Shown here piece by piece: positions 29,509-43,370 of a stretch of DNA of 64,000 bases. Position 1 is the stretch's first letter, and each line of letters starts with the position of its first letter. The notes below the pieces were generated by a model that ran no database searches, was not told the origin of the DNA, and saw only the letters and a list, made by a program, of their open reading frames with translations. The position numbers and the translations under genes were made by a program. The stretch covers positions 107,384,001-107,448,000 of the forward strand of contig OZ024745.1 in assembly GCA_964016885.1 (NCBI GenBank). Direction: 5' to 3'. Source of the stretch: Eledone cirrhosa. Its lineage: Eukaryota.

Positions 29509-29662
29509 GGTGTGTCATTAAACTACACCCAGTCGCAAGGCTCCAGTGCGGGAGTTCAGGAACTGTGGGGAATGTGGAGTTACCCCTTAGTTGTCATAAC
29601 TCCCAGGTCTGCTCTGACCTGGAGTAGTAGTACCTGTTAGGGCTCCATTCATGGGTTAAATT
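29509..29662 (+). mobile_element. Dispersed repeat/SINE fragment of a type common in octopus
   Basis: actcccaggtctgctctgacctggagtagtagtacctgttagggctccattcatgggttaaat; recognised from memory only. Confidence 0.5.
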
Positions 29663-30324
29663 ATTACCGTATTCGAGTGACGCCGGTAAGGTATTACCAG
29701 CCACTGAAAAGAAAAAAGAAATAATGTTAGCGTTGTTGCTGCTGATGTTGTTGATGTTTAACAATAAGTCAGTACTGCCCAAGAAGATTTATGATCAATA
29801 CTGTTTCATTCGTCACATTGCAGTTTCTTTCTTCTGTAGAATTCAGGGGTAAATTATCCAACATTTTCTTTTTTTTTTATTGCTATAAGATGTGATTTGA
29901 TGGGTATTTTGTTTCCTTTGAGAAATAGTATATATGAGGCTACAGTATCCAGCGTGTTATTTTTTAAGACAATAGGTTATAGTGTGGTAGATATTTGACT
30001 GTTATTTCCATCCCATGAAGCAACCAGGGAAATTATATTTATGCACTCATGATTTTGCTTCGATCCAATCAAACCTATTACGAGCAGACATACGATAAAC
30101 GGTAGAATGCTTTATTTTTGTTTCGCACAAAATTTATCAGACTATATTATTCAATATGTTGTTTTTATGACAATATGTTGTTTTTATGGGACTGTTATTA
30201 TAGGACTGTTATTTCTTGCGGATGGAGCGTTTACGTAGAGGCCAAATAACTGAGTATATTTAGCTCTGTGAGAATATTAGAAGATATGCGTAAAATTGTA
30301 TTTGTGTATTAATGAATCAAGATT

Positions 30325-31325
30325 TGTGACAGGTTTGTGTATCTTCCCAGTATCTTAAGTGCACTGTGCACTTTTGTTAATGAAATACCAGGAAGAATCA
30401 GTAAAGCTAGTGGTACCTTCAGAAATTTGGAAAAGCGACTATAGTCTCAGCGATGAATTTCTATTGTTACTAGATTTAAGGTTTACATGACGTATATTTT
30501 TTTCATCTCTACTCTACACTTATGAGATGTGTATTACTTACTAAAATAGCTGGAGCTCTTTCACCAACAGTGCCTCCGTCGAACCATTGGTCTTCACTGG
30601 CGGATATATGAGAGTGACGTTGAGGTCATTGAAAGAAGTTACTGTCACAGTATCTAGTTGTTTATTTTGCAACACCGTCTCCGATGGGTAGGACTTGTGG
30701 CGATAATGGAGGACTCTAGGTTACCAAAACAACTCCCATGTAGTGAGTTGTGAGATGACAAACGTCCACTTTATAAACCTAAAATATGGTTCAAGGGCTG
30801 GCTGAAAACATACCTGATGAAAGCTCGCTTCTCCGATAGAGGCTGGAAAAAGCTACCAATGATCGAACTCTATGAAGGACAGGTCTATATGGAGGGAGAA
30901 TGCACATTGAAATGACAGGAAGAAATTAGAAAAAGTTAAAAAGGGATGCGAAAATGGAATTGCCAGGAAGCGCGGGATATCACAGAGAGCTGATATGCAA
31001 AGTATATCGGAGATCCTGCCGCAGGAAAGGTGGACTGAAGAGTCACAATAGTAGCCATGTACAAAGGGCTGATGCAGATTAAGTTTGGGCATATTCTTGC
31101 ATCAATAAAGTAAAGTCAACCAATTAGAAAGAGGCCTTAAGCGGGAGTGAATCCACAAGGCAACCAGCCACCGATTATTGTTGCCAAAGGCCATGTGTAA
31201 CATACGTACCAGAGAATGTAGGACACTTTTTGGCCTCGAACTTCACATCCATGCTACACACAAGCAAAATAGTGTTTCAACATTCAAGCTGTGGCTATAC
31301 TCGAGCGCGAGGTGGCGGTTATCAT
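30325..31325 (+). mobile_element. RTE-clade LINE, 5'-truncated and degenerate
   Basis: RISKASGTFRNLEKRL...FHQQCLRR...RLRWVGLVAIMEDSRLPKQL. The 3' end ggctatactcgagcgcgaggtggc is related to 60962-60993. Confidence 0.85.
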
Positions 31326-31429
31326 ATAAATAGATATTTATAAATACACATAGACAACCACACACACAGACTCACATACACACACACACAGACACACACA
31401 CACTCATGCCCAAACATACACACATAAAC

Positions 31430-31461
<32 letters not shown>

Positions 31462-31634
31462 ACCTATATGTAGGTATAGAAATGCATATATGTATATGTA
31501 AATATAGGTCAGTTCGCAAGTGTTTCTGTGTGCGTACGTAGATATAGGTGTGCGTGGGCAAGTCAGCAATAAAGGTCAAATTATTCTTTACCGCACCTCT
31601 ATTTAATGGAAACATTTTACATTATGCAGATTTG

Positions 31635-31689
<55 letters not shown>

Positions 31690-33098
31690 CGCCCACGGAA
31701 GCAGCAAAAAGATAAAAATATTTTAAGAAATATTACATTTAAAATATTTAATAAAATATTCTAAAACATTTCTCGACTTTTCTGAAATCCTGTTTTTGAC
31801 ACTCGTGTATGTAATGTCGAAATATCACATATCAGAAACTGAATGATTCGACTCATTTACTGGTCTAGAAATGTTTACTGCACAGTGCTTAAATGTCAAC
31901 AGTTTATTTTATATTTCGTTATTCTGTGAAAATATTCTTGACTTTATTCAGCCAGAAGCTTAGAATATCAACCTTTTATATAAATCGACTCGAGTTTCAA
32001 AGCCACTTTTGTTTATGTGAATTGAGTGCTGGTTTATGGTTTAAAGAGTCATGTAGCGAATACTAATACGAGTATAGCGTTACATACGTAGAGCGGTTTA
32101 GAAAGATATGTTCATGTAGTATTAGAGTTCCCAACCAAAGAGAATGTAAGCATTGCTAATCTAAAATGTGTCTATAGCGTTGTAAAAGTCAACAGAATCC
32201 ATTGAGTATTACTTCAGCAACCAACATAAGTGTATATATTCATACATATCTATTCTCATACTGGTTTCCGTCGCTGGTCTACGGCCGTGATGAACCTCGC
32301 TTTCAACACATACTTCAGTCTGGTAATTATTCTTCCGATCTGTATTTTATTAACAACTCATACAGTACATAAACAAATATAATAAAAACGAACACATCAG
32401 GTCTTAGACCAATGTAAGCTTAAATAGAGACGGACAGACAGACACATAGACACACACACGCATATATATATATACATACATAGTATTAAGGATACTATTT
32501 ATGGTTATGTATATAATAACACCTTTTATGGTTATATATACTTAAACTCTAAATAGTGAAAGACAGTAATTCATTACTATCTTATTACCAGTAATGCATG
32601 CCATACGTGAGACTGTTTCATAGACTGACTACTCTAAACTTTCCTCTTGCTTTATCTTCATAAACTGTCAATGTTTTATTTTTATTTTTATTTTAACTTT
32701 AATTTTGTCCTTTACTATGAATGTAACCTTTGTATGTAAATTGCCATGCTGTATCATTATGATGGATGTCAACCCACTGTGGGTCAATATATACATATGT
32801 TTTTGTATGTCTCTTGTGTTGATAAGGAGGTCAAGTATGTGAAAAATCACTAAATAGTTGCTCCGAAGAATCCAAACCTCGGTTTGGAGGAAACAATTGT
32901 AAGGAAATAAATGATTTAAACTGAACTTTGATTCATGTAATTTCTATATACATACATACATATATATGATGGTTCCCCCCACCCCCTCGTTATCGAGCAT
33001 GGCCATTGCACGATATACCATTATTAATAATTATTAATTAATTCTACTGTGCAATTCTGTGTGTGAAGATTCTTTTTAAGGTGAGGAAAGACTGTTCA

Positions 33099-33147
<49 letters not shown>

Positions 33148-33205
33148 CCGATAGGCTGAGGCCATGCTGACACACACACGCGCGCGCGCACGCGCGCACA
33201 CACAC

Positions 33206-33237
<32 letters not shown>

Positions 33238-34387
33238 ATTACATACACTTCCAGAAAAAAAGAATCTAATGCCACAACACTATTTCTCTTATAAAGTTAG
33301 TCCTCTTTCGTTGAGATTAAATTGTTCTTTTTTATCCATTTTTTTTGTCACACATAAATCATCTTATTTAGATAAGCAAAATTTAATTACAAATGCATCT
33401 GGAATGATTATCATATAAACTTTCAAAACCCTCTGAACCATAATCTTTCGAAGACTTGTCAATTATTAGTCTCAATTTTCATTACTTTCTCAAGTTCTTT
33501 CTTCTTGAATTTTCTGTTATAAAGTATCAATGGTATTTATATTTGAACACAGTAAAAGCCAAAGTAAAATATGTATTAGATAATCTAGACGATACTTTGT
33601 AAATGATTTGTCAGCATGTCCAGGAACGCTATTATGTTGATATATTGTCAGACTACGATGACTAATCTGTGATGAAAGGAAATAAGATATTTTGTATCAA
33701 CTGATTTCTTTATAATAATTTGCAATGATATTACCATTGCAAATAATATATGGACTAACAACTCGACTTGTGAAACAACGCTATATCATCAAGGAAACAC
33801 TTCCAAATATTCTTGTCAGTTTTAAGAAATATTCAGAAACTATGACAACCAACTAAAAGGAGGGTATATCTTGATTGATATCAGGAGATAATATTTTGGA
33901 ACAAAATAAGTGTTTTTTATTGTTTTTTGGTTTTGTTTTTTTGTACTCATTCTTTCTTAGTATATTTTAAAATATTACTTTCTGTCAAGAATATTTTTTC
34001 TTATCACTTTTTCACTTTAGAGAAACATTCTGACAATACATTTCCCCGATAGTTTGGCGTTATACACTTAAATAGGAAAGTTAGGATTAGCTTCTGGCTG
34101 CTAGAAGTTGGTTGTGGGAATATATTCTTATACCCTAATCTTATGTCTCTTGTTCTAAAACCTTCAATTGAATGGATGAAGAATTTAGGATTGGAGATAG
34201 GGTACACCTATTTAATGAATAGCATTACATATCATAATATTGATAAAGGAAGAATAATGACATGAATTTTAAGGTTTCTATTACAGAAGAGTTGTCAATA
34301 TAAAAAGTTTCATTTGATTATTATTCAAGTATGACCTTAAAGAACCTTTCTAGATATGTATTTTTTTTGTATATATATATATATATT

Positions 34388-34690
34388 AGAAAGATCGAGT
34401 ATCGAAAAATCGGCGCACGAGTTCACGATAAACAATATTCGAAATGAGCGGCAGAGGGCTCAATAATTCAGATGAATCAGAGCTATAACTATCGTTAAAA
34501 TACCGTCACACATAGAACAAGTCTACAATCAACCATACGATAAAAAATCGATAATAGAAGATTCGGGACAAACAGATAAAAAATATCAATAAAACAATAC
34601 ATCAATAATTTAAATGAATGTAAAATCATACCCGGACCCACTAGAAAGGTGTTAAATCTAGCTTCTTGGGTTTCTGTAAATCCTTAGACT
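34388..34690 (-). mobile_element. Family K PLE-like end
   Basis: Diverged match to 26148-26430; GCTC..GAGC hairpin at 34457-34483. Confidence 0.55.
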
Positions 34691-34928
34691 ATACTCTATC
34701 AGCTCACATATAAATATAAAAGCCTACTAGAGCAAGAGGAATGGAGTTAACTTCATCAACGAGCTTTTTCCTAGCGGATAAGGGGCTAACCACCAGTGAA
34801 ATATGCACATGGCATTCGACAAGGGAGATAACTCTACATCCGCGAAAACTATTCGAGGAAATGTGGAAATACACATATCGAATAAGAGTGCTCATATATA
34901 TATATACATACATATATATAGATATATA

Positions 34929-35130
34929 TAGGTAAATGTTTGACCCCGACGACAGAGCTCAAGCCGTTTCGACGGCTATTTCTGGACTATTTCCGTCCAG
35001 AAATAGCCATTGAAACGGCTTGAGCTCTGCCGTTGGGGTCAAACATTTTCCTATTACCCACTCTACTACCCTAAGTATTGAGTATTCTGGTGCGTTATTG
35101 TCCATCTGGTTCCTTACCACACCTCCTTCG

Positions 35131-35134
<4 letters not shown>
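34929..35134 (+). mobile_element. Family B fold-back in (TA)n
   Basis: Arms centred on tctggac-tatttcc-gtccaga; tail 35054-35134. Confidence 0.8.
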
Positions 35135-35168
<34 letters not shown>

Positions 35169-35924
35169 TTGTATATCGGTGCGTTCAACAGAAATACCTT
35201 GTTATATTTGGGTCTGCCTAGGTTAGCTCTCTTTACATCCTGTTAAATTTGCGTTTTTTATCCTCTGTATTTTATAAAATGTGTAACAAACAAAGTATTG
35301 CCATCGATATAATCAAGTAAATCCCTTAAAAGTGGTGTCTCTGAATGGCTGCATTTTAAAAACCATTAAAATAATAAAAGAATAAAAGCATACCAGCTTG
35401 GATTTCTAAATTAATTTGAAATTCCAAATTGGTAAATTCAATCTCGTTTTACTATCACATCAGAGGAAATTAAGTTTGGGGCTAGAGAACAAATCCATGC
35501 ATTAACTTTGAAAACCATTAAACTGAAAGGAATCTTAAAACTGGTTAAGACTATAAATCCATCGGGCCAAATATATAAGACCATCAATGAGGACGCTAGG
35601 TTGCACACAAAGCATTCTATCACCATAGAAAACAAACGAAAACATTGAGCGATGTATTTTTAGGTGCACCTGAAAATATAAGTTGGTCATGCCTACAATG
35701 TCTTTCATCATGAGTCTTCTCACTCGAGACTATCATGAGACTACACAGTAATAACACGCCTATAAACGGGAAGGCGTTTACAAGATGATAATTTGCACGA
35801 AATCATGCAAATCGTACGTTACAACACTAGGAATGGAGCAAAAACTGTGCATCAAGGATATTATTCTTTTATATAAAGACATAATGGTTATCGCTTGAAT
35901 ATCTTTAATTACAGCTCTGCCCAG

Positions 35925-36142
35925 GGTGTATCTTGGCAGTATCGATAAAGCGTTGGACAATATGCTTCGGCCCTTTACGACCCATTACGTTCTGAGTTCA
36001 AATCTCGTCGTGGTTAGCTTTGCTGTTCATCCTTACGGGGTCGATAAAATAAAGCAGCAGTAATTAATGGACTGGGATCGATTTAATGGACTTTCCCCTC
36101 CTCTACAAATTGCTGGACCTGGGTCTAAAGTAGAAACAATTA
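35925..36142 (+). mobile_element. Meta-domain SINE, near full length
   Basis: ttggcagtatcgataaagcgttggac...gttctgagttcaaatc...ttcatccttacggggtcgataaaataaag. Confidence 0.8.
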
Positions 36143-36182
36143 TAGCTCTGCTGAGTCAAATCTGAAATAGGGTTTAAACAAC

Positions 36183-36214
<32 letters not shown>

Positions 36215-36819
36215 CAGCAGCAGAAAAGAACTGTTGAAACCATCACACCACCAACTCTAACAATACAACCTGTTGTTTGATTTTTCAGCTGAATCCTAAC
36301 AGAGTTGGATTGCGAGAAAAACTAAATAATGAATAAAGATATCAACAACAATAGCAATTCACTGAAACATAATGATACACACTCATCTTTTATCTCAATT
36401 GAAATACAAGACAATATCCAAGTAAACCACACACGAAAGTATCGCATTAATGATAGATCTGTTAATTTTTGGTTTATTTAAATATCAAGCTTAATAACGA
36501 ACTGGAATCTGATGGGTTAGTCTTAATGCAGTAAGAGCATTATGGTGAAACATAGCAATGACTTTTAGTGTTATTTATGAGTTGTCTTGACCAGTTCAAA
36601 AACGTGATAGTTGGTTATAGTATCAATTACCTAAGAAGCGTGTTTAGATTTCGATTTGCTTGTGACAGATGATTATCCTAGAAGAGATCACTTGAAGAAA
36701 AGTTATACTTTTACTCTGGATGTTCCAATTGAAATCGGAAATCCAAAATAGTTTGTTGGAACACAATCCCTCCTCGATATATATATATATTAGATTGGAA
36801 GATGTATGTGTACATACAG

Positions 36820-36946
<127 letters not shown>

Positions 36947-37009
36947 GAGAGAGAGAAAGAGAGAGAGAGAAAGACAGAAACCGAGGCTGGCTATGAGAGA
37001 GAGAGATAC

Positions 37010-37040
<31 letters not shown>

Positions 37041-37220
37041 TATAGATAGATAGATAGATAGATAGATAGTTAGATAGATAGTTAGATAGATAGGTAGATT
37101 TGAGATCAATAGCCGTAAGGAGAAACAAACAATAATAAATGATATAATAGCCAAAAGAAATCTTATAAAAGAGAGGAACGAAAATATAACTCTATAATGT
37201 AAGAGAGAACAATAAGGAGA

Positions 37221-37263
<43 letters not shown>

Positions 37264-37386
37264 CAGCGTAACATGAAATAAGACAAAAGAAAAAGATTAT
37301 TTTACGAGAGAATTAATTGAAGAAGCTAGTTTCATGATTTAGAATAGCATAAAAGAAAGTTGTCAGAATTAATTGAAGAACACACA

Positions 37387-37477
<91 letters not shown>

Positions 37478-37739
37478 CTATATATGTACGTGTGTGTTTG
37501 AGTACGTGTTTATGTATGCATATCAATTCATATAGTGTTATACATACAAAAAAAAAAAAAACATAATTTCTAAAAGTAAGAGAAACATCTTGCTTTTCTT
37601 GAGACACCACGTCGACAAACGATATTATGACGAATACATAGGGGTTATCGACGAAATTTGTAGATAACGATAAATGTGGCTTGCTGCTGTCCTCTTTCGG
37701 GTGTTTTCTTCTTCATTTTTATAAGTATAAGTATAGCAA

Positions 37740-37953
37740 AGGCGTGTGGGTGAGTGGTTAGAGAACTGGATTCGCAATATTTAGGTTGTGAGCCACTTTC
37801 CCGGACCGGGCAATGCGTTATGTCTTTGAGCAAGGCACTTTATTTCACGTTCCTCCTTCTATCTGGAGTTGCGACTGATAGATAGTATTAGCAATTGGAA
37901 AGACCAATGCAAACATTGTTTCCTCGGTCCGTTTTAACGAAAGTCGATCGTTC
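37740..37953 (+). mobile_element. V-domain tRNA SINE
   Basis: Reverse-complement match to 8639-8858. Confidence 0.8.
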
Positions 37954-37989
37954 CTTTTTTTTTTTATATAAGTATAGCTTTATACAAGT

Positions 37990-38594
37990 TACAATGTTTT
38001 TTGGCTGTTAACAAATTCTGAAAGTGCGAGACTTTCAGAAGACCGGTGTTCCGAGAGGAGGGACTTGGTATAGTGACTAGAATGGGTTGTTGTGAGACCA
38101 AGGAGCTTTTCTTTTGAGGCAAGCCAAGCTGATTTATGAATCTTTGCAAAGCGTTGTTAGATATGAGAACAGTACTTATATGGATTTCTTAGACAAAGTT
38201 TGAAATAGGCTAGTTATTGCTGTAGACTGAAACATTTTCTCGCCAAGAACAGAAGGGATAATCGTTTCGGTGTTGTATTTTGCTATATCGAGAATGGGTG
38301 TTCTGCAGGAATGATATTTAATGATGGTGGGGTCTAGTATTTGAGTATTCTAGTTGTGTCCTGCTCACGTATATATTTGAGTTGGATACGATAATGGTTT
38401 CTTTTTGATATACCTAATAATTGTGTCTTTGTAGTGATGAAGGAAACTATATTAGCACGATTCCACTGGAAGATCATCACGAGGTCTCTGTTGATGAAAT
38501 AAGTGTGGGTTTGGCTCAAGGCGACAAGGGAATATATAGGTGAAGCTTGAATACAGATTTTAGGGTGAAATGAGGAAGTGAGAGTCACTGGAGT

Positions 38595-38597
<3 letters not shown>
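37990..38597 (-). mobile_element. Degenerate LINE RT fragment (Jockey/CR1-group-like)
   Basis: INRDLVMIFQWNRANIVSFITTKTQLL matches the DL..I..W...N...FN..KTQ RT motif. Confidence 0.6.
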
Positions 38598-38639
<42 letters not shown>

Positions 38640-39274
38640 GATAGTGGGGAAGAAAAAATGGCTTCACTTGAAAAACATCAGTCTATGAGCTTCACAGATA
38701 AAGTTTATAAATTCTTGATGATGCAGACGCTGTAAATGCCCATATATATGCGTACATATATTCAAACATACTCACATATACATAGCTACACCTATATTCA
38801 CACCTAGGACTTTACGTCGTCGCTCTTCATGCTAAAAACAGCAGTCAAATTTTAATCAATTCACACACTACAGACATAAAGCTGACTGGATCTGTCTGGA
38901 AAGGAACGAAAGTCAAGATATACATAAAAGAAACCTCTTTGGTTATGGGTTTGTTCAATCACAATTGACATATGGCTGTACAGCCAGAAAACTAAAACAA
39001 CAGCAACTTACTCAAATCACACACTCACAAACACACACGCGCATGCAGACATACACACGCACGCACACACACATGCATCACATTCGTGCTTTTCTATCTC
39101 CCATAGTTTAATGCAAATTATCTGATCATCAATTGAGACGGAGAATATTATAAGCAAAAGAATAGAGCATATCAGAAATACTGCGGCCTTATGGGATACG
39201 AAGGAACAAATGTATTGGTACAATGTTCGATGATAGATATAGGGAGGAAGTTACGTATATATACACATATCCAT

Positions 39275-39554
<280 letters not shown>

Positions 39555-39569
39555 CATACATACATATAT

Positions 39570-39601
<32 letters not shown>

Positions 39602-39627
39602 TTATTTATATATATATATATATATAT

Positions 39628-40162
39628 AAACGGAAAAAATGAAACGAAATTTCATTTCCCAATCTTAGTACGGCTGTTACTTAAATATAAGTATGTACAC
39701 GTACATATACATATATGTATACAGACGCACAGTAGTATGTATATATATATATATATATATATATACATACATGCACACATATATATATGTACGTATGGAT
39801 TCACCGAACATTTATTATAATGCTCGGTGTGTTTATAAACAAACATCCCGTATTAAGCCGCAGTGTCCAGCAACCATCGTTGCTCGTTTGTTCAACACTG
39901 ACAAAGGAACGCTGTACCAGTTTCAAGCCCATCGGCCATCGTCAGCAACGCATACCTTCCTGCCAGATTGTTGAACGTATATACTTACCTTATGCATATT
40001 AACGGCTGAGCAACCCATTTTGCATATCGAGTTACAAACACACCGAGCATTATAATAAATGTTCGGTGAATCCATACGTACATATATATATGTGTGCATG
40101 TATGTATATTTATATACATACTACTGTGCGTCTGTATACATATATGTATGTACGTGTACATA
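39628..40162 (-). mobile_element. Family H hammerhead-bearing fold-back in (TA)n
   Basis: Arms ~39693-39836 and 40033-40162, tail 39628-39692. Body matches 54921-55346. Confidence 0.85.
39905..39961 (-). ncRNA. Type I hammerhead ribozyme (family H)
   Basis: rc: gcgttg-CTGACGA-tggccgatgggctt-GAAA-ctgg-TA-cagcgt. Confidence 0.8.
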
Positions 40163-40312
40163 TATATATATATATATATAAGCAAAAAGGATATTCAATT
40201 TGTTGGTAATTCAATACATGTTTATAACTGATTCAGAGCACTCGAGAGGTTTTCTGGAGTATAATATTCAATGATATTAAATAAATGGAAACTATATTTA
40301 TAAAACTATATT

Positions 40313-40373
40313 TATTCTATTATATATATTTCATGGGTACCAAAACTTTGGTACGGTCTCATCAGATAAAATA
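40313..40373 (-). ncRNA. Type I hammerhead ribozyme (helix II base partly mutated)
   Basis: rc: tattttat-CTGATGA-gac c gtaccaaa gt tttggtac c cat-GAAA-tatata-TA-atagaata. Confidence 0.7.
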
Positions 40374-41593
40374 CAAAGTTTGTTTTATAAATGTTGACAT
40401 AACCAAGAAAAGATACCTTAACGGTTCAAGTTTTTCTTGGATAGTGAAGGAAAAGAGAAGAAAAGTCAGATATTTCAAATTATTAAGATGAGTATGCAAA
40501 TGAGGTTGAGGTATAGGGCTGAAAAAACGTTATTTTTAGACGCTATGCAGAATTTAAATAATTAGGATATATGTATAAGTAGGAAAAAGAAAAAAAAGAA
40601 AGAAGAGCTTGTATTTACGTTAATTTAAAAGGAATTAACAATTTGCGCGAATGGTGGAATATGATTCCAGAATTTAAATTTTTTTAGCTATATTATGAGT
40701 TATAATATTGTATATATAATCAATTATATTATATGAAGAATTATGGTTGTAAGTAGATTTTATCCTATTACCTTACAATAGGTTGTAAGTATATAAATAT
40801 CTATATAGATTAATAATTGTGCATGTATATAAATATCTTTATAGATTAATAATTGTGCATGTATAAGTATTATAGAAATAGAAATAATTTACAATTATTA
40901 GTTGTTTATATTTCTAATATGAGTTACGATGGAAGTTGATTTTGCATTTTACATAACAAAAACACGTAGTTTAAGTTGTAAGAGGGGAACAATTTGTAGA
41001 TTCAAATATTTTGTTCCAACGTTGAAAATGTTTTCAGAATATTGTTAATTTAGCTAAGTTATATAGTTTATCATACATATTATATTATGATATAATGTTT
41101 ATGTTTGCACGATTGAAAAGGAAAAGATAACCCCAATCTTGTTTGTTAACCGTTAAATTTGATGAATCATTTACTCAGAAAATATATAGAGAAAATTATA
41201 TATTATTTTGTGTGAGATTAATTTCAATTATATATTATGTTAGTCGAAAGATGTGTGAAAGTTTGAAGATCAAAGAAGAGGAAAAAAGTAATGTGCATTT
41301 CGAAGAGGATAATGTGCATTTCGAAGAGGATAAACTTTCAGAATGTCAATTAAAGATTATCTATCTACATCTAAAACATATATATTTAGAGGGGTATCAT
41401 TAAGAAAATAATGTCAAATGGTAAAAATAGTAAAAAATTATTTAAAAATTAAAAAATTAATGTCAAATGGTAAAAATAGTAAAAATATTAAAAAATTAAG
41501 AAGGAAAATCATTAAAAAAAATGTTAATTTAAATTTTGAAAGAAAATAGGATCATTTTAAAGGTGTATAAGATATAGTCAAGTGTAATGAATA

Positions 41594-41818
41594 TCATAAA
41601 TTAAAAATACTCTTGAAAGTGGAATTTTGGCGATGTCTGCAACTAGAAAATAATTCTGTTTTAAGATTAATAGAGTTTTGACAGTTAATAATTAAATAAA
41701 AAATTTCCTCGATACACAAGTTACAGAATCTTGAGAAAGCCATATTTCGGTATACAGGTGCCTTCGAAATCGTTCCCCAACATATTGAATAGTCTATATT
41801 GTTGTCTTTAAAGTTCCA
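41594..41818 (-). pseudogene. PLE GIY-YIG endonuclease C-terminal remnant (mirrored at 41834-41981)
   Basis: WNFKDNNIDYSICW...FCNLCIEE...INLKTELFSSCRHR. Confidence 0.75.
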
Positions 41819-42796
41819 AGGCACCCGCATACCTATGGCTTTCTCAAGATTCTTTAACTTGTGTATCGAGGAGATTTTTTATATAATTAACTGTCAAAAC
41901 TCTATTAATCTTAAAACAGAATTATTTTCTAGTTGCAGACATCGCCAAAATTACACTTTCAGAAGTATTTTTAATTTATGATATTCATTAAACTTGACTA
42001 TATCTTATAAACCTTTAAAATGATCCTATTTTCTTTAAAAATTTAAATTTAATTTTTTAAAAAAGATTTTCCTTCTTAATTTTTTAATATTTTTACTATT
42101 TTTACCATTTGACATTAATTTTTTAATTTTTTTATATTTCTTTTACTATTTTTACCATTTTTACATATATTACCATTTTATGTAAAATGCAAAAATCAGC
42201 ATCCTTCGTAACTCATATTAGAAATGTAAACAACTAATAATTGTAAATCATTTCTATTCCTATAATACTTATACATGCACAATTATTAATCTATATAGAT
42301 ATTTATATACTTACAACCTATTGTAATGTAATAAGATAAAATCTACTTACAACCATAATTCTTCATATAATATAATTGATTATATATACAATATTATAAC
42401 TCATAATATAGCTAAAAAAATTTAAATTCTGGAATCATATTCCACCATTCGCGCAAATTGTTAATTCCTTTTAAATTAACGTAAATACAAGCTCTTCTTT
42501 CTTTTTTTTCTTTTTCCTACTTATACATATATCCTAATTATTTAAATTCTGCATAGCGTCTAAAAATAACGTTTTTTCAGCCCTATACCTCAACCTCATT
42601 TGCATACTCATCATAATAATTTGAAATATCTGACTTTTCTTCTCTTTTCCTTCACTATCCAAGAAAAACTTGAACCGTTAAGGTATCTTTTCTTGGTTAT
42701 GTCAACATTTATAAAACAAACTTTGTATTTTATCTGATGAGGGCGTACGATAGAATAAATATGGTTTTATAAATATAGTTTCCATTTATTTAATAT

Positions 42797-42856
<60 letters not shown>

Positions 42857-42887
42857 TATATATTGCATATATATATATATATTGTAA

Positions 42888-42948
<61 letters not shown>

Positions 42949-42967
42949 ATATAATATATATATATAT

Positions 42968-43243
42968 GTAGAAGTTCTATTTAAATTGTTGGGATACAAC
43001 AAGCAAATATGTTTATAACTGATATAAAGCACTCAACAAATTATTGGAGTAAAAATACGATATATTAACAAATGGAAACTATATTTATAAAACCATACTT
43101 ATTTCATTATACATATTTCAAGAACACCAAGTTAAATTATGGTGTGCTTTCATCAGATAAAATATAATATAGAGCAGTTTTATAAATAAATATTGACATA
43201 CCCTTAAAGAATGCGACCATTTCTGTTGGAAGCTCGCGGATAG
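42968..43243 (-). mobile_element. PLE family A 3' end abutting (GATA)n
   Basis: Tail plus body match to 3159-3390 and 13580-13735. Confidence 0.85.
43100..43164 (-). ncRNA. Type I minimal hammerhead ribozyme
   Basis: rc: tattttat-CTGATGA-aag c acacca..tggtgt t ctt-GAAA-tatgta-TA-atgaaata. Confidence 0.85.
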
Positions 43244-43267
43244 ATGGATACATAGATAGATAGGTAT

Positions 43268-43317
<50 letters not shown>

Positions 43318-43370
43318 GGATAGACAGATAGATAGATAAATAGATAGATAGAGAGAGAGATAGATAGATA

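Larger units (their letters stand above)
40181..42801 (-). mobile_element. Large PLE family A fold-back (2.6 kb)
   Basis: Arms 40269-~41765 and ~41818-42801. The right arm lacks ~40956-41415. Tail 40181-40268. Confidence 0.9.
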
